From contig CATLBG010000001.1 in assembly GCA_949878595.1 (NCBI GenBank), forward strand, positions 1-54,241: 54,241 bases of DNA, written 5' to 3'. Under the pieces are notes generated by a model that did no database searches, was not told the DNA's origin, and was given only the letters and a program-made list of their open reading frames with translations. Within the stretch, counting starts at the first letter, position 1; each line of letters begins with the position of its first letter. The DNA comes from an uncultured Clostridia bacterium. GTDB taxonomy: Bacteria; Bacillota; Clostridia; Christensenellales; UBA1242. Both the position numbers and the translations under genes were made by a program. Shown piece by piece: positions 1 to 9,266 of this stretch.

Positions 1-13
1 TGGTTGATAAATT

Positions 14-1237
14 ATGGAAATAGTATTATTAGACCATAAATTAGAAGATGAAGAAATAAATGCAGAAAAAGCAAATAAATATATTAAAGAGTTAGAGGAT
101 TTTTTTGGTGAATCATCAGGAAACTTTTCTGATTTAGACATTCAAAATACATTAGAGGAAGAGATTGTAGAGTCAGAAAATCAAATTGTTGAAGAAGAGC
201 AACCTAGCGAGCCTGAAGTTTATGAAGAGGCTGAATTCACAAGAGTTGTTGGACTTGATGTTGCAAATTCAACTCTAAAAATTTGGACAGATGAACTAAA
301 CTTAAAATATGTCAATACAATTCGTGAAATCAATGATGCTGGATTGGTTTATTCTTTTAGAACAGACTATCAAATGTATGTTTATGGCAAACAAGTTTTT
401 GAGGTGGGTCTTGTTTCAGCAACTGGTTCAGGTGGCAGAGGAACTGCAAGATATGGCTCAGAGCAATATAAAACAGAGGCTTTAATTGGCATAGCATCAT
501 GTTTGAAAGAACTACCAAATTTATTAAATAAAGAAGTTCTTAGAGTTGTTACAGGTGTTCCAAGCAATCTTGCAAAAAACCAAAAGGTAATTAGTAGCAT
601 AAAACAAATGCTATTAGGTGTTCATGAAATAAAATCAGTTACATGGGATAGTGTTAAACCGATTAACTTTGAGATTGCAGAAGTTATTGTGGTTCCACAA
701 CCACTTGGCACTATGTATGATTATGTTTATGATAAAGAAGTTGATGCTTTAAATGAAAAACTTTTAGATCAAAGGGCAATAGTTATTGATATAGGCTGGG
801 GAACAACTGACATAGCGATACTTGAAACTGCAAGAGTTCGCTCGACCTTTAGTTTTGATATTGGCACATCAGATTATATTTCAGATTTGCAAGAAGATGT
901 CAATAGTTCTATGCCAGAGGCAAGCATTTTCTCGCTCACTGCACATGAATTGGATTTAAATTTATTAGAGTCACCAATTGTTGAAACTCCATTTGGAGAG
1001 TTTAACCTATCTCAGTTTGTTGAAAAACATAAAAGGAATCAAGCAAAACGAGTTTATCAAGAAGTTATGGGGTTAGGCTTAGAATTCAATAAGTTCTATA
1101 AAATTATATTGACTGGAGGAGGAGCTCTTCTTTATGAAGACTATCTCAGAGAGTTATTTAATGACCCAAGGGTTAGAATTCAAGAAAATGCTGTTATGGC
1201 AAATTGCCGTGGATTTTGGCTTCTTGGCAATTATTAA
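14..1237 (+). CDS. ParM/StbA (ALP) family actin-like ATPase with a ~75-aa acidic N-terminal extension
   Basis: Actin-fold motifs are present: VVGLDVANSTLK (phosphate-1), VIDIGWGTTDIAIL (phosphate-2) and ILTGGGALL (adenosine). In-frame stops lie directly upstream of the ATG at 14. The first ~75 residues are rich in Glu/Asp. Confidence 0.7.
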   Translation: MEIVLLDHKLEDEEINAEKANKYIKELEDFFGESSGNFSDLDIQNTLEEEIVESENQIVEEEQPSEPEVYEEAEFTRVVGLDVANSTLKIWTDELNLKYVNTIREINDAGLVYSFRTDYQMYVYGKQVFEVGLVSATGSGGRGTARYGSEQYKTEALIGIASCLKELPNLLNKEVLRVVTGVPSNLAKNQKVISSIKQMLLGVHEIKSVTWDSVKPINFEIAEVIVVPQPLGTMYDYVYDKEVDALNEKLLDQRAIVIDIGWGTTDIAILETARVRSTFSFDIGTSDYISDLQEDVNSSMPEASIFSLTAHELDLNLLESPIVETPFGEFNLSQFVEKHKRNQAKRVYQEVMGLGLEFNKFYKIILTGGGALLYEDYLRELFNDPRVRIQENAVMANCRGFWLLGNY

Positions 1238-1251
1238 AAAAGGGGGAGTTT

Positions 1252-1896
1252 ATGACAATAAATGAATTAGAACAAGCCATAAGAAATTTAATTGCTTCAC
1301 AACAAAGCACTTCATCAAGTGAGGGTGCAGATGTTATAAACAGTGCACTTTCAATGATATATTCATATAGAGAGCTTGTGTACAAAATTCAAAATCACCC
1401 ATATAATGATGCGTTAAAAATCAATATGATAAATAGCATTAATAATCTAGAGTCAACTCTAGTTATTTCTGTTTGTCAAGTCCTGCAAGAAAAGGGAATA
1501 AATTTAATGCTCTATGCTCCAGCGAGCAAGTTTGGTGTAAACACGTTTTCAGTTCCTGTATCAAATGAGCTTATTGGTTCAAGTCAAAATACAAGCAGTC
1601 AAGACGATCGCCTTGCAAAAATAAACTCAGCCTTTGAAGAGTTCAAATCAACCGAGCAAGATTATGATGATGACCTTTCTCAAAGGTTTATAGATGAAGA
1701 AGATGAACATGATGAAGTTGAAGAAACTTCAGAAGACTATATTTCTGAAGAAACAAATGAAACTTCAGAAGAAACAGAGCAAAATTTTGAACAAGAAGAG
1801 TCTCTTTCTCAAACAAACACAAATACTGATAAAAAAGTGTCGCCAGAGGGCAATGCTTCAGGAAGAGATTATCTTTTAGAACTTCTAAAAAAATAA
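1252..1896 (+). CDS. Hypothetical protein with a strongly acidic C-terminal half; candidate partner of the upstream actin-like ATPase
   Basis: ATG at 1252 follows a GGGGGAG RBS (1242-1248), 14 nt after the upstream stop. The tracked ORF start at 1204 has no RBS. No recognisable domain; a terminator follows. Confidence 0.6.
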   Translation: MTINELEQAIRNLIASQQSTSSSEGADVINSALSMIYSYRELVYKIQNHPYNDALKINMINSINNLESTLVISVCQVLQEKGINLMLYAPASKFGVNTFSVPVSNELIGSSQNTSSQDDRLAKINSAFEEFKSTEQDYDDDLSQRFIDEEDEHDEVEETSEDYISEETNETSEETEQNFEQEESLSQTNTNTDKKVSPEGNASGRDYLLELLKK

Positions 1897-1930
1897 AAAA
1901 GCATCGCAAACAAGCGGTGTTTTTTATTTT
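1896..1930 (+). terminator. Rho-independent terminator after the actin-like module
   Basis: Stem GCATCGC / GCGGTGT (two G-U pairs), flanked by an A-run and followed by a T-run. Confidence 0.55.
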
Positions 1931-1989
1931 GGTCAAAACATAAATATTTTTCTAAACTTAGCAAAATACTAGTTTTAGGAGAATATCAA

Positions 1990-3447
1990 ATGGCAGGGCA
2001 AAAAAAAGAAAAACTATCAGAGCTAATTTCTAGTAAAATAAATCAAGACAGTCAAATTGTTGAGACAAAATACAAAATAAAAAACAAAGAAATTTCTATT
2101 TTTTATATAGAGAGCTTAATAGATAAGGCTCTGTTTTCTTCTGGAATTTTAGCACCAATAGAAAAACTGGCAAAAACCGCAGAAAGCTCTAGGGGTTTAA
2201 AACAAAAAATCATGCAAGAAGTTGTATCAATTTCTTCAGTTACTGAGTCTACTGATCAGAAAAAAATATTAGATAACATTCTATCAGGTTTTGCTGAAAT
2301 TGTGTTAGATGATGCAGCGATAGACTGTCCAATTTTTGGTGTAGAGAAAAGGAGCGTTGTCGAACCACCAAACTCAAAAGTAATTAAAGGCCCAAGAGAA
2401 GGTTTTGTTGAAGACATAAGCACCAATACAGGGCTTATTAGAAAAAGAATAAAATCGCTAAATCTTAGAGTTGTAGATGAATATGTTGGTGAGCAGACAA
2501 AAACTAAAATATCAATTTTTTATCTAGAGGGCATTGCTAGACCAGATGTAATAAAAAATGTAAGACAAATAATAAAAAAAATAAATATTGATGCAATTAT
2601 AGATTCATATTATATAGAGTCTTTTCTTGAGCAAAACAAACTCAAATTTTTTAGACGTGTTGGAAACACTGAAAAACCAGATATTTTCTGTGCAAAAGTT
2701 TTAGAAGGCAGGGTTGGAATAATTGTAGATGGTTCGCCAGTTGCTTTAACAGTTCCTTTCATATTATTTGAAGACTTGCAGAGTGCAGAAGATTATTACA
2801 CTATTCCAACAATGGCAACGTTCACCAGAATCATGAGGATTGTTGGTTTAATCTTTGCAATTTTAATTCCTTCAGTTTATGTGGCACTTCAAAGTTACAA
2901 CTATAGAATTTTGCCAATAAACTTTTTAATAACACTTCTTTCTAGCATAGAGGGGCTTTCAATCCCTCCTTTGGTTGAAATATTGATAGTTTTATTTTTG
3001 TTTGAAGTCATAACGGAGGCAAGTGTTCGAATGCCAAATTCTCTTGGCATGGCACTATCAATCATTGGAGCTTTAGCCCTTGGCAACACTGCTGTTGACG
3101 CTGGCATAATTTCACCTCCAAGCATAGTCATCGTTGCAATTTCAAGCGTAGCAATTTATATTATTCCAGACCAAATTTCAGAAACGAGAATTCTTAGAGT
3201 TCTCTTTACTGTAATTGGTGGAATAATTGGACTATATGGAGTTGTTGTAGCTTTTATAATTCTCACAACATTCCTTTGTAGTATAGACAGCTTTGGTGTT
3301 CCATATATGTCACCAATCGCTCCAAGCATAAGAAAAGATAAAAAAGATGCATTTATCAAACAACCTATTGAGGCAATGAAAACAAGACCAACATTTTTTG
3401 CTGATAAGAATAAGATTAGACAAGGAGGAAAGAAAGATGACGGCTAA
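1990..3447 (+). CDS. Spore germination protein, GerA/GerKA family (A subunit)
   Basis: Typical GerA-family core (IKGPREGFVEDISTNTGLIRKRIKS) and a C-terminal multi-TM region. RBS AGGAGAA upstream. First gene of an overlapping A-B-C operon. Confidence 0.9.
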   Translation: MAGQKKEKLSELISSKINQDSQIVETKYKIKNKEISIFYIESLIDKALFSSGILAPIEKLAKTAESSRGLKQKIMQEVVSISSVTESTDQKKILDNILSGFAEIVLDDAAIDCPIFGVEKRSVVEPPNSKVIKGPREGFVEDISTNTGLIRKRIKSLNLRVVDEYVGEQTKTKISIFYLEGIARPDVIKNVRQIIKKINIDAIIDSYYIESFLEQNKLKFFRRVGNTEKPDIFCAKVLEGRVGIIVDGSPVALTVPFILFEDLQSAEDYYTIPTMATFTRIMRIVGLIFAILIPSVYVALQSYNYRILPINFLITLLSSIEGLSIPPLVEILIVLFLFEVITEASVRMPNSLGMALSIIGALALGNTAVDAGIISPPSIVIVAISSVAIYIIPDQISETRILRVLFTVIGGIIGLYGVVVAFIILTTFLCSIDSFGVPYMSPIAPSIRKDKKDAFIKQPIEAMKTRPTFFADKNKIRQGGKKDDG

Positions 3448-4552
3448 ACAATTTTATATTGTTCTTTCAATTTTTATAATTTCTTTGAAAGTTCAAAGAC
3501 TTCCATGTCTCATGTGTTTATTGCTAGACAATAACACTTATGTTCTTTTTCTTTTATATTTCTTAGTAGACTTTTTATGTATTCTTCTTGCACTATTTAT
3601 ATTAAAAATACTTCGCAAGCGAAATTTTTTACTTTCACAAAAAAATAATACGATGAGTCTGGTTGTAAGAGCGGGGTTATTATTTGTTGCATTATACTTT
3701 ATGTTTCAAGGCACACTTTTCTATGAAGCGATTCAAGATTTGTTTTCACATATTCTATTTAATAACTTGCCATGGACACTTTTTAGTTTGCTCCTTATTG
3801 CCTGTGTATTTTATCTTGCACAGAGTGGTATAAAAAATATAGCAAGAAATTTTGAACTTTATTTCTTTATAATAATGATTTCCTATATTATGCTTGCGGT
3901 TTTTGGAGGTCTTCATGCAGATTTTTCAGTAATACTTCCATTTCAATCAATAGAATTTAACACGACTGCTAAGCATTTTTTAGATTATAATATATGGTTT
4001 GGTGATTTCTTTATTGTTTTGTTTTTAGGGATAAATGCAAAGGATATAAAATTAAAGTGGACGCTTACAACCTATATAGTTTCCGCTTTTTATGTTTTAC
4101 TTATGGTTATTGAATATAATGGAATATATCAATATTATGCCTGCATGCAGTCAAGTCTCATTAGCATGATTTCAGAGCAGTCTATGCTTGGTATAGACAT
4201 AGGAAGAATAGATTGGTTCTTTATTTTGATAACAGAAATTGGTTCAATTCTTAGCTGTGGATTGTGCCTACACTTTGCAAAAAACTGTCTATCTCTTGCG
4301 GTTCCAAAAATAAAGTCTAAATATTTTTTAATTTTATTAGTAACAGCACTATACCTTGTTGATGTTTTATATCTTGTAGATATAAATTCAAAAGTAGAAT
4401 TATTCTATAATTTTGCTGGAATATTTGCATTTGTTGTAAAAGTTATTTCACTAATTTTTTTAACAGTAGCAAGTATTTATTCAAATCACAAAATAAAATC
4501 CTCCAACAACAATCAGCAAGGTAACAATATGGAGGTGGCATTAAATGAATAA
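3437..4552 (+). CDS. Spore germination permease, GerAB/GerKB family (B subunit, APC-type)
   Basis: Polytopic membrane protein of about 10 TM segments. ATG at 3437 is preceded by AAGGAGGAA and overlaps the A-subunit stop by 11 nt. The tracked start at 3398 has no RBS. Confidence 0.85.
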   Translation: MTAKQFYIVLSIFIISLKVQRLPCLMCLLLDNNTYVLFLLYFLVDFLCILLALFILKILRKRNFLLSQKNNTMSLVVRAGLLFVALYFMFQGTLFYEAIQDLFSHILFNNLPWTLFSLLLIACVFYLAQSGIKNIARNFELYFFIIMISYIMLAVFGGLHADFSVILPFQSIEFNTTAKHFLDYNIWFGDFFIVLFLGINAKDIKLKWTLTTYIVSAFYVLLMVIEYNGIYQYYACMQSSLISMISEQSMLGIDIGRIDWFFILITEIGSILSCGLCLHFAKNCLSLAVPKIKSKYFLILLVTALYLVDVLYLVDINSKVELFYNFAGIFAFVVKVISLIFLTVASIYSNHKIKSSNNNQQGNNMEVALNE

Positions 4553-5855
4553 GTTTCAAACATTTTTAAAAAAGCATATTGCTCTGTTTATTGTTATTGT
4601 AATACTCTTAGTTTTTCCTGTTAGTTTGTCAAGTCAAGCAAAACTTAGTATGAGAATTATTGTTACAGGGCTTGCAATAGATAAAGCAGAAAACGAATAT
4701 GAAGTTACGGCACAAATAGTTAAATCCACTCCAGGAACAGAATCTCCAGGCACAAGTGCTAGCATAGATTTTGTTACGGGCAAGGGCAATACCATTTCAA
4801 AGGCATTGGCAAGCCTAATGTATCGAACCGGAAAAGTTTCAGCCTATTCACATACAAGTTTTGTTGTTATTAGTGAAGACATTGCAAAAGAAGATGCAAC
4901 TTCATGTCTAGATATATTCATTAGAGATAAAATTATAAGAAATTCAGCCATGGTTTTATTTTCAGAGGGCAAGGCTAGTGAAGAGATTCAAAAAACAAAA
5001 GATGTTGAACTTTCAGTTGGCTTAGGGCTCCAAAAAGTTTTTCTATTTAAACAAGAGGAGAGCGATGGATTAATGACCACTGTATTAGAATTTTTAAACC
5101 AAAACAAAATGCATGGCAAAACAGCATTTGCAAGTGTCCTTAATCTTGGAAGCAATGAAGAGGGAGTTGCAGGTTCTTCTGGTGAAGGAGGAGGTTCTTC
5201 TGGTGAAAGTGGTGGCGAGAGTGGTTCTGGAGGTGGCTCAGGTGGATCTACAGGGGGTTCAGGCAGCAGTGCTGGTGGTGGCTCAGGTTCGGCAGGAGAA
5301 TCATCTGGTGGTTCTTCAGTATTCTTCCAAGGAAATGCTCCAGTAATGATTTTTGTAAATGGCAAACTTGCTGGCAAACTTGAGGAAGATGATGAATTAA
5401 TTGGATTCATGCTTGCTTCTAAAAAAACCACAAGATCAACAATTGCAGTAGAAGATATTGAATGTGATTGTTTAAAAGATACAAAAGTATCAATCAACAT
5501 CAAAAGTAAGACCGAAAAATATACCATAAGATTTGAAAATGAAATTCCTTGCATAGATGTCAAAATAAAAATAAAAGACTCCGAAATAATAGAAATTGTC
5601 AGCAAAGAAAAACATTCTGATATATTTAATGAAAAGTATGATGCAATAGAACAGGCTCTTGCAAAAAAAGTCTCAGAGGTTGTTGCAATGGCATTTGAAA
5701 AGGGAAAATCTTTTGGGGCAGATATGTTTAATGCATATGAAAACGCATACAAATATCACTTTAAAACTTTAAATAAATACTATAGTTCTCCAGAGGAATT
5801 TATACAAAAACTAAAATTAAATGTTAGTGTTGAAATCCTTAAACTCGACTTTTAA
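4545..5855 (+). CDS. Ger(x)C family germination protein (C subunit) with an internal Gly/Ser-rich insert
   Basis: N-terminal signal-like helix followed by the family-typical RIIVTGLAIDKAENEYEVTAQIV. Overlaps the B-subunit stop (ATGAATAA). The Gly/Ser-rich stretch of about 50 aa is encoded at roughly 5160-5320. Confidence 0.85.
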   Translation: MNKFQTFLKKHIALFIVIVILLVFPVSLSSQAKLSMRIIVTGLAIDKAENEYEVTAQIVKSTPGTESPGTSASIDFVTGKGNTISKALASLMYRTGKVSAYSHTSFVVISEDIAKEDATSCLDIFIRDKIIRNSAMVLFSEGKASEEIQKTKDVELSVGLGLQKVFLFKQEESDGLMTTVLEFLNQNKMHGKTAFASVLNLGSNEEGVAGSSGEGGGSSGESGGESGSGGGSGGSTGGSGSSAGGGSGSAGESSGGSSVFFQGNAPVMIFVNGKLAGKLEEDDELIGFMLASKKTTRSTIAVEDIECDCLKDTKVSINIKSKTEKYTIRFENEIPCIDVKIKIKDSEIIEIVSKEKHSDIFNEKYDAIEQALAKKVSEVVAMAFEKGKSFGADMFNAYENAYKYHFKTLNKYYSSPEEFIQKLKLNVSVEILKLDF

Positions 5856-5956
5856 AAGAAATAAAACAAACAAAAGAAATTTTTCTATCTATTATTCAAA
5901 TAAGAGCATTTATGCTTAGCGAAAAAATCTCAACATAAAAACATGTAAGAAAATAT

Positions 5957-5996
5957 AAAAAACCCACCAATATTTTGGTGGGTTAATTTTGTTTTT
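5957..5996. terminator. Bidirectional terminator between the convergent ger operon and the P-type ATPase
   Basis: Perfect 10-bp stem AACCCACCAA / TTGGTGGGTT with loop TATT. An A-run lies upstream and a T-rich run downstream. Confidence 0.8.
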
Positions 5997-6003
5997 AAAT
6001 ATT

Positions 6004-8703
6004 TTAAATTTTAACTTTGTCCATAATCTTATATAAAATGCTAATTTCAGTTGGAGCTGCAAAAGCCAAAACAATAACGAATAACACGTTTTCAAGGCTG
6101 AGGCTAAAGAATGAGACTTCAACTCCAAAGAAACCAGGCCAAGCAAACATACAGGTTAAGCTTAGTGCAAGCATTGCCACAAAAATTGCTACAGTGAATG
6201 CATTAAATGGCTTGCATAGTCTATATAACATTGCAAGACCAGTAAACACCAATGTCATTGTTGCCATAGAAGAAACAATGTCCATGTGATAAGAGATTGA
6301 GCCATTTACTATGAAATTAAATAGATAAATTCCACCAATATTAATAACAAGGCTCAGTGCTCCAGGCAGTGCATTTTTAATAAGGTTATAAATAAACTTT
6401 CCTTCAATAGGTTTATCGTTCGGCAAGAATGCTAATCCAAATGATGGAATGCCAATAATAAACCATTCAAATAAAAGTGTGTTTGCAGTTGTGAAAGGAT
6501 AAGGCTGTCTTAAAATTAAAACTAAAACTGAGAATATTAAAGTAAACAGTGTTTTCATGAAGAATAAAGAAGAAGATTTTTGGACATTGTTAATAACTTT
6601 TCTTCCTTCAACAACAGTATCAGGCATGCTTGAGAAGTCACTGTTTAAAAGAACCATGTGGCTTACGCTTCTAACGGCTTCATTTCCGCTTGCCATAGCA
6701 ATAGAACAGTCAGCTTCTTTAAGTGCCAAAATATCATTAACGCCATCACCAGTCATTGCAACTGTGTTGCCGTCACTTTTAATAGTTTTAACGAGCAAAG
6801 CTTTTTGTTCTGGCGTAACTCTTCCAAATACGGTATATTTGTTTGCTGCGGCAATAACTTGTTTGTCACTTAGTCCGTCAAGGCTAATGAATGCGTCAGT
6901 TCCTTCAACGCCAACACGCTTTGCAATTTCTGAAACAGTTAGAGGGTTGTCACCAGAAATAATTTTAACTTTAACACCATTGTTCTTAAACCAAGCAATA
7001 GTGTTTGCAGCATTCTCTCTAATGTGGTCTTCCAAAATTATAATAGCAATTGCTTCTCTCTGTTCAGGAAGTGTATCTTTAACTATAGCTTTAGAAGAAT
7101 GAGCAAGAAGTAAAATTCTGTAACCATCTTTAGAATATTGTTCAACCATCTTTTTGAGTTTTTCATCTTTCATTTTAGGAAGAACAAATTCAGGAGCACC
7201 CATAATATAAGTTCCAGCACCTTCAAATGTAACAGCTGAAAGTTTTCTAGATGAACTAAATGGAAGCGTAGTCACAGGGTTTAATTCTTTGTTGAATCCA
7301 AAATAGTTAATTAGTGCTTGGCTTGTTTGGTTGTTGTCACCAAGTGCTGAAAGCATAGACCCCATGATTCGTTTAATGGTGTGGTCAGTGCTAGAAAGTT
7401 GCACACAATTATAAACTTTCATTGTGCCGTCTGTTATAGTTCCAGTTTTGTCTAAGCATAAAACATTAACACGGGCAAGCATTTCAACGCAATAAAGGTC
7501 TTGAACGAGTGCTTTTTTGTTGGCAAGTTTTATAACAGAAACAGTAAGTGATATTGAACATAATAGGAACATTCCGGCAGGTATCATTCCAATAACTGAG
7601 CCAGCGGTCGATGTAATACTTTTTGCAACATCTGCATCAAAGGCATTAAAATTATTAAGCATCATAAGGATTGTTATAGGAACAATCATAATACCAATAA
7701 CTTTAATAATTAGTTTAAGTGAAGAGAAAAGCTCTGATTTTGGTTTACGATACTTTTTAGCTGTAGCAGAAAGTTGTTGAATATAGTTATTTGATCCAAC
7801 TTTTTCAACTCTTGCATGACATTTTCCAGAAACTACATAGCTTCCAGCAAGAACGGTGTCTCCAACTTTTTTCTTAATTGGAAGGCTTTCACCAGTAAGC
7901 ATGCTTTCATTGACTTCAATATTTCCTTCAACAACAATACAGTCTGCAACAATTTGTTTTCCAGTTGCAAGAACCACAATGTCGTCAAGAACAACTTCTT
8001 CTTGGGCAATTGTTTCTTCGTCGCCATTTCTAACAACTTTAACAACAGGAGCAGTTAATAGTGAAAGTTTTTCAATTGTTCGTTTTGCTCTAACTTCCTG
8101 AATTATTCCAATGGCGATATTAATTATAATAATCACCATAAACAAGATGTTGCTCCATGCTTGTTTATAGAGAATGTTAACAGTTACAAGTGCAGCAAAC
8201 ACAATAAAACATAAAATGTTAAAAAAGGTGAAGACGTTTTCTCTAATGATGCTCCAAATTGTTTTAACATTTGTGTTAGAAACAGCGTTAGTTTGTCCTT
8301 TCAAAATTCTTTCTTGAACTTGTTCATTAGTCAAACCCATTTGATAGTCAGTTTTAACTCTCTTCACTCTTTTTTGAGTAACAGGGTCTTTTTGCTTAAC
8401 CATATTTTTCTTAATAACTTTAAACAAATCTCTAAGCTTAGGTTCATCATCATAAGCTTGCTTTGCTTTCTTTTTAGCAAGTTTCTTTGCTTTCTTCTTA
8501 GCGAGTTTTTTAACTTTAAGATTTTTAGCTGAATTTTTATCATCTTTTTGATTTTTTGCAACAGAAGAAACAGGTGTTTCCTCTTCCTGATTTTCAGAAA
8601 GCGTCAAAACATCTTTTTTAACTTTACTTTTCTTTTTAGAAACAGCCACATCAGCAGTTGTTTCTTCAATAGGCATTTCATTAAATGTTTTCTTTTTTGC
8701 CAT
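6004..8703 (-). CDS. Cation-translocating P-type ATPase (P2-like); ion specificity unclear; Lys-rich N-terminal extension
   Basis: DKTGTITDG phosphorylation motif (7438-7452), GDGVNDILALKEADCSIAM hinge, and 10 predicted TM segments. ATG at 8703 follows a GGAG RBS; the tracked start at 8760 adds an implausible FFLYYNN leader. Confidence 0.9.
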   Translation of the reverse strand: MAKKKTFNEMPIEETTADVAVSKKKSKVKKDVLTLSENQEEETPVSSVAKNQKDDKNSAKNLKVKKLAKKKAKKLAKKKAKQAYDDEPKLRDLFKVIKKNMVKQKDPVTQKRVKRVKTDYQMGLTNEQVQERILKGQTNAVSNTNVKTIWSIIRENVFTFFNILCFIVFAALVTVNILYKQAWSNILFMVIIIINIAIGIIQEVRAKRTIEKLSLLTAPVVKVVRNGDEETIAQEEVVLDDIVVLATGKQIVADCIVVEGNIEVNESMLTGESLPIKKKVGDTVLAGSYVVSGKCHARVEKVGSNNYIQQLSATAKKYRKPKSELFSSLKLIIKVIGIMIVPITILMMLNNFNAFDADVAKSITSTAGSVIGMIPAGMFLLCSISLTVSVIKLANKKALVQDLYCVEMLARVNVLCLDKTGTITDGTMKVYNCVQLSSTDHTIKRIMGSMLSALGDNNQTSQALINYFGFNKELNPVTTLPFSSSRKLSAVTFEGAGTYIMGAPEFVLPKMKDEKLKKMVEQYSKDGYRILLLAHSSKAIVKDTLPEQREAIAIIILEDHIRENAANTIAWFKNNGVKVKIISGDNPLTVSEIAKRVGVEGTDAFISLDGLSDKQVIAAANKYTVFGRVTPEQKALLVKTIKSDGNTVAMTGDGVNDILALKEADCSIAMASGNEAVRSVSHMVLLNSDFSSMPDTVVEGRKVINNVQKSSSLFFMKTLFTLIFSVLVLILRQPYPFTTANTLLFEWFIIGIPSFGLAFLPNDKPIEGKFIYNLIKNALPGALSLVINIGGIYLFNFIVNGSISYHMDIVSSMATMTLVFTGLAMLYRLCKPFNAFTVAIFVAMLALSLTCMFAWPGFFGVEVSFFSLSLENVLFVIVLAFAAPTEISILYKIMDKVKI

Positions 8704-8876
8704 TACTGCTCCAAAATAAAAAAACTTATATAATATATTATTATAATATAAAAAAAACAATTGTCAAATATGCAGGCAAAATAATAAATTATTTTTAGAA
8801 ATTCATATAAAATTTGATAAAAATATCAAAAAATTGAAAAAAAATAAAACAAAGAGAATGAATTAGTCAAAACCAC

Positions 8877-8905
8877 TTGCAAAATTTAAGGAGCTGTGTT
8901 AAAAT
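8877..8905 (+). promoter_or_regulatory. Sigma-A type promoter for rpsF-ssb-rpsR
   Basis: TTGCAA (8877-8882), 17-nt spacer, extended -10 TGtTAAAAT (8897-8905). Confidence 0.6.
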
Positions 8906-8969
8906 TTGTCTACAATTCCTTGTTTTAGTTTAGACTAAAACCGAATGAGTCCAAAAGGAGGAAACATAT

Positions 8970-9251
8970 ATGAGAAAGTATGAAATTCTATACATTGTTG
9001 AGGGCGGCTTAAGCGATGAAGATAAAGAAAAGGCAATCGCTAGCGTAAAATCACTTGTAGAAGCAAACGGCGGAAAAGCAGAAGAACCAGAAAAATGGGG
9101 CATGCGTAAATATGCTTATCCTATTAACTACAAGCAAGAAGGCTACTATGTTCTTATGAATTTTGAAGCAGAAGATTCAGTTCCAAAAATCATGAACGAT
9201 AAGCTTATCATTAACAAAAACATTGTTAGACACATGATTGTCGCAAAATAG
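8970..9251 (+). CDS. rpsF: 30S ribosomal protein S6
   Basis: MRKYEILYIV...YYVLMNFEA is the canonical S6 sequence. Strong AAAGGAGG RBS. Confidence 0.97.
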   Translation: MRKYEILYIVEGGLSDEDKEKAIASVKSLVEANGGKAEEPEKWGMRKYAYPINYKQEGYYVLMNFEAEDSVPKIMNDKLIINKNIVRHMIVAK

Positions 9252-9266
9252 TAATAGGAGAAAACT

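Noticed and set aside
1931-1989. Attempt to identify a forespore sigma-G type promoter upstream of the ger operon
   Set aside because: CATAAATA and CAAAATA-like boxes are present, but I could not place a convincing -35/-10 pair with correct spacing, so no promoter is annotated.
1204-3436. Longer N-terminal extensions suggested by the ORF track (starts at 1204, 3398, 8760, 16795, 23306, 33192, 52697, 54228)
   Set aside because: In each case a downstream ATG or GTG has a properly spaced purine-rich RBS, and the extension lacks one or overlaps the promoter or the upstream gene. Shorter starts were adopted. The start at 54213 versus 54228 remains uncertain.
4988-5752. 254-aa minus-strand ORF with a Pro-rich segment (…PEPPPALLPEPPVDPPEPPPEP…)
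   Set aside because: It is the antisense shadow of the Gly/Ser-rich (GGN/AGY) stretch of the GerC-family gene. It has no RBS and overlaps a well-supported plus-strand CDS throughout.
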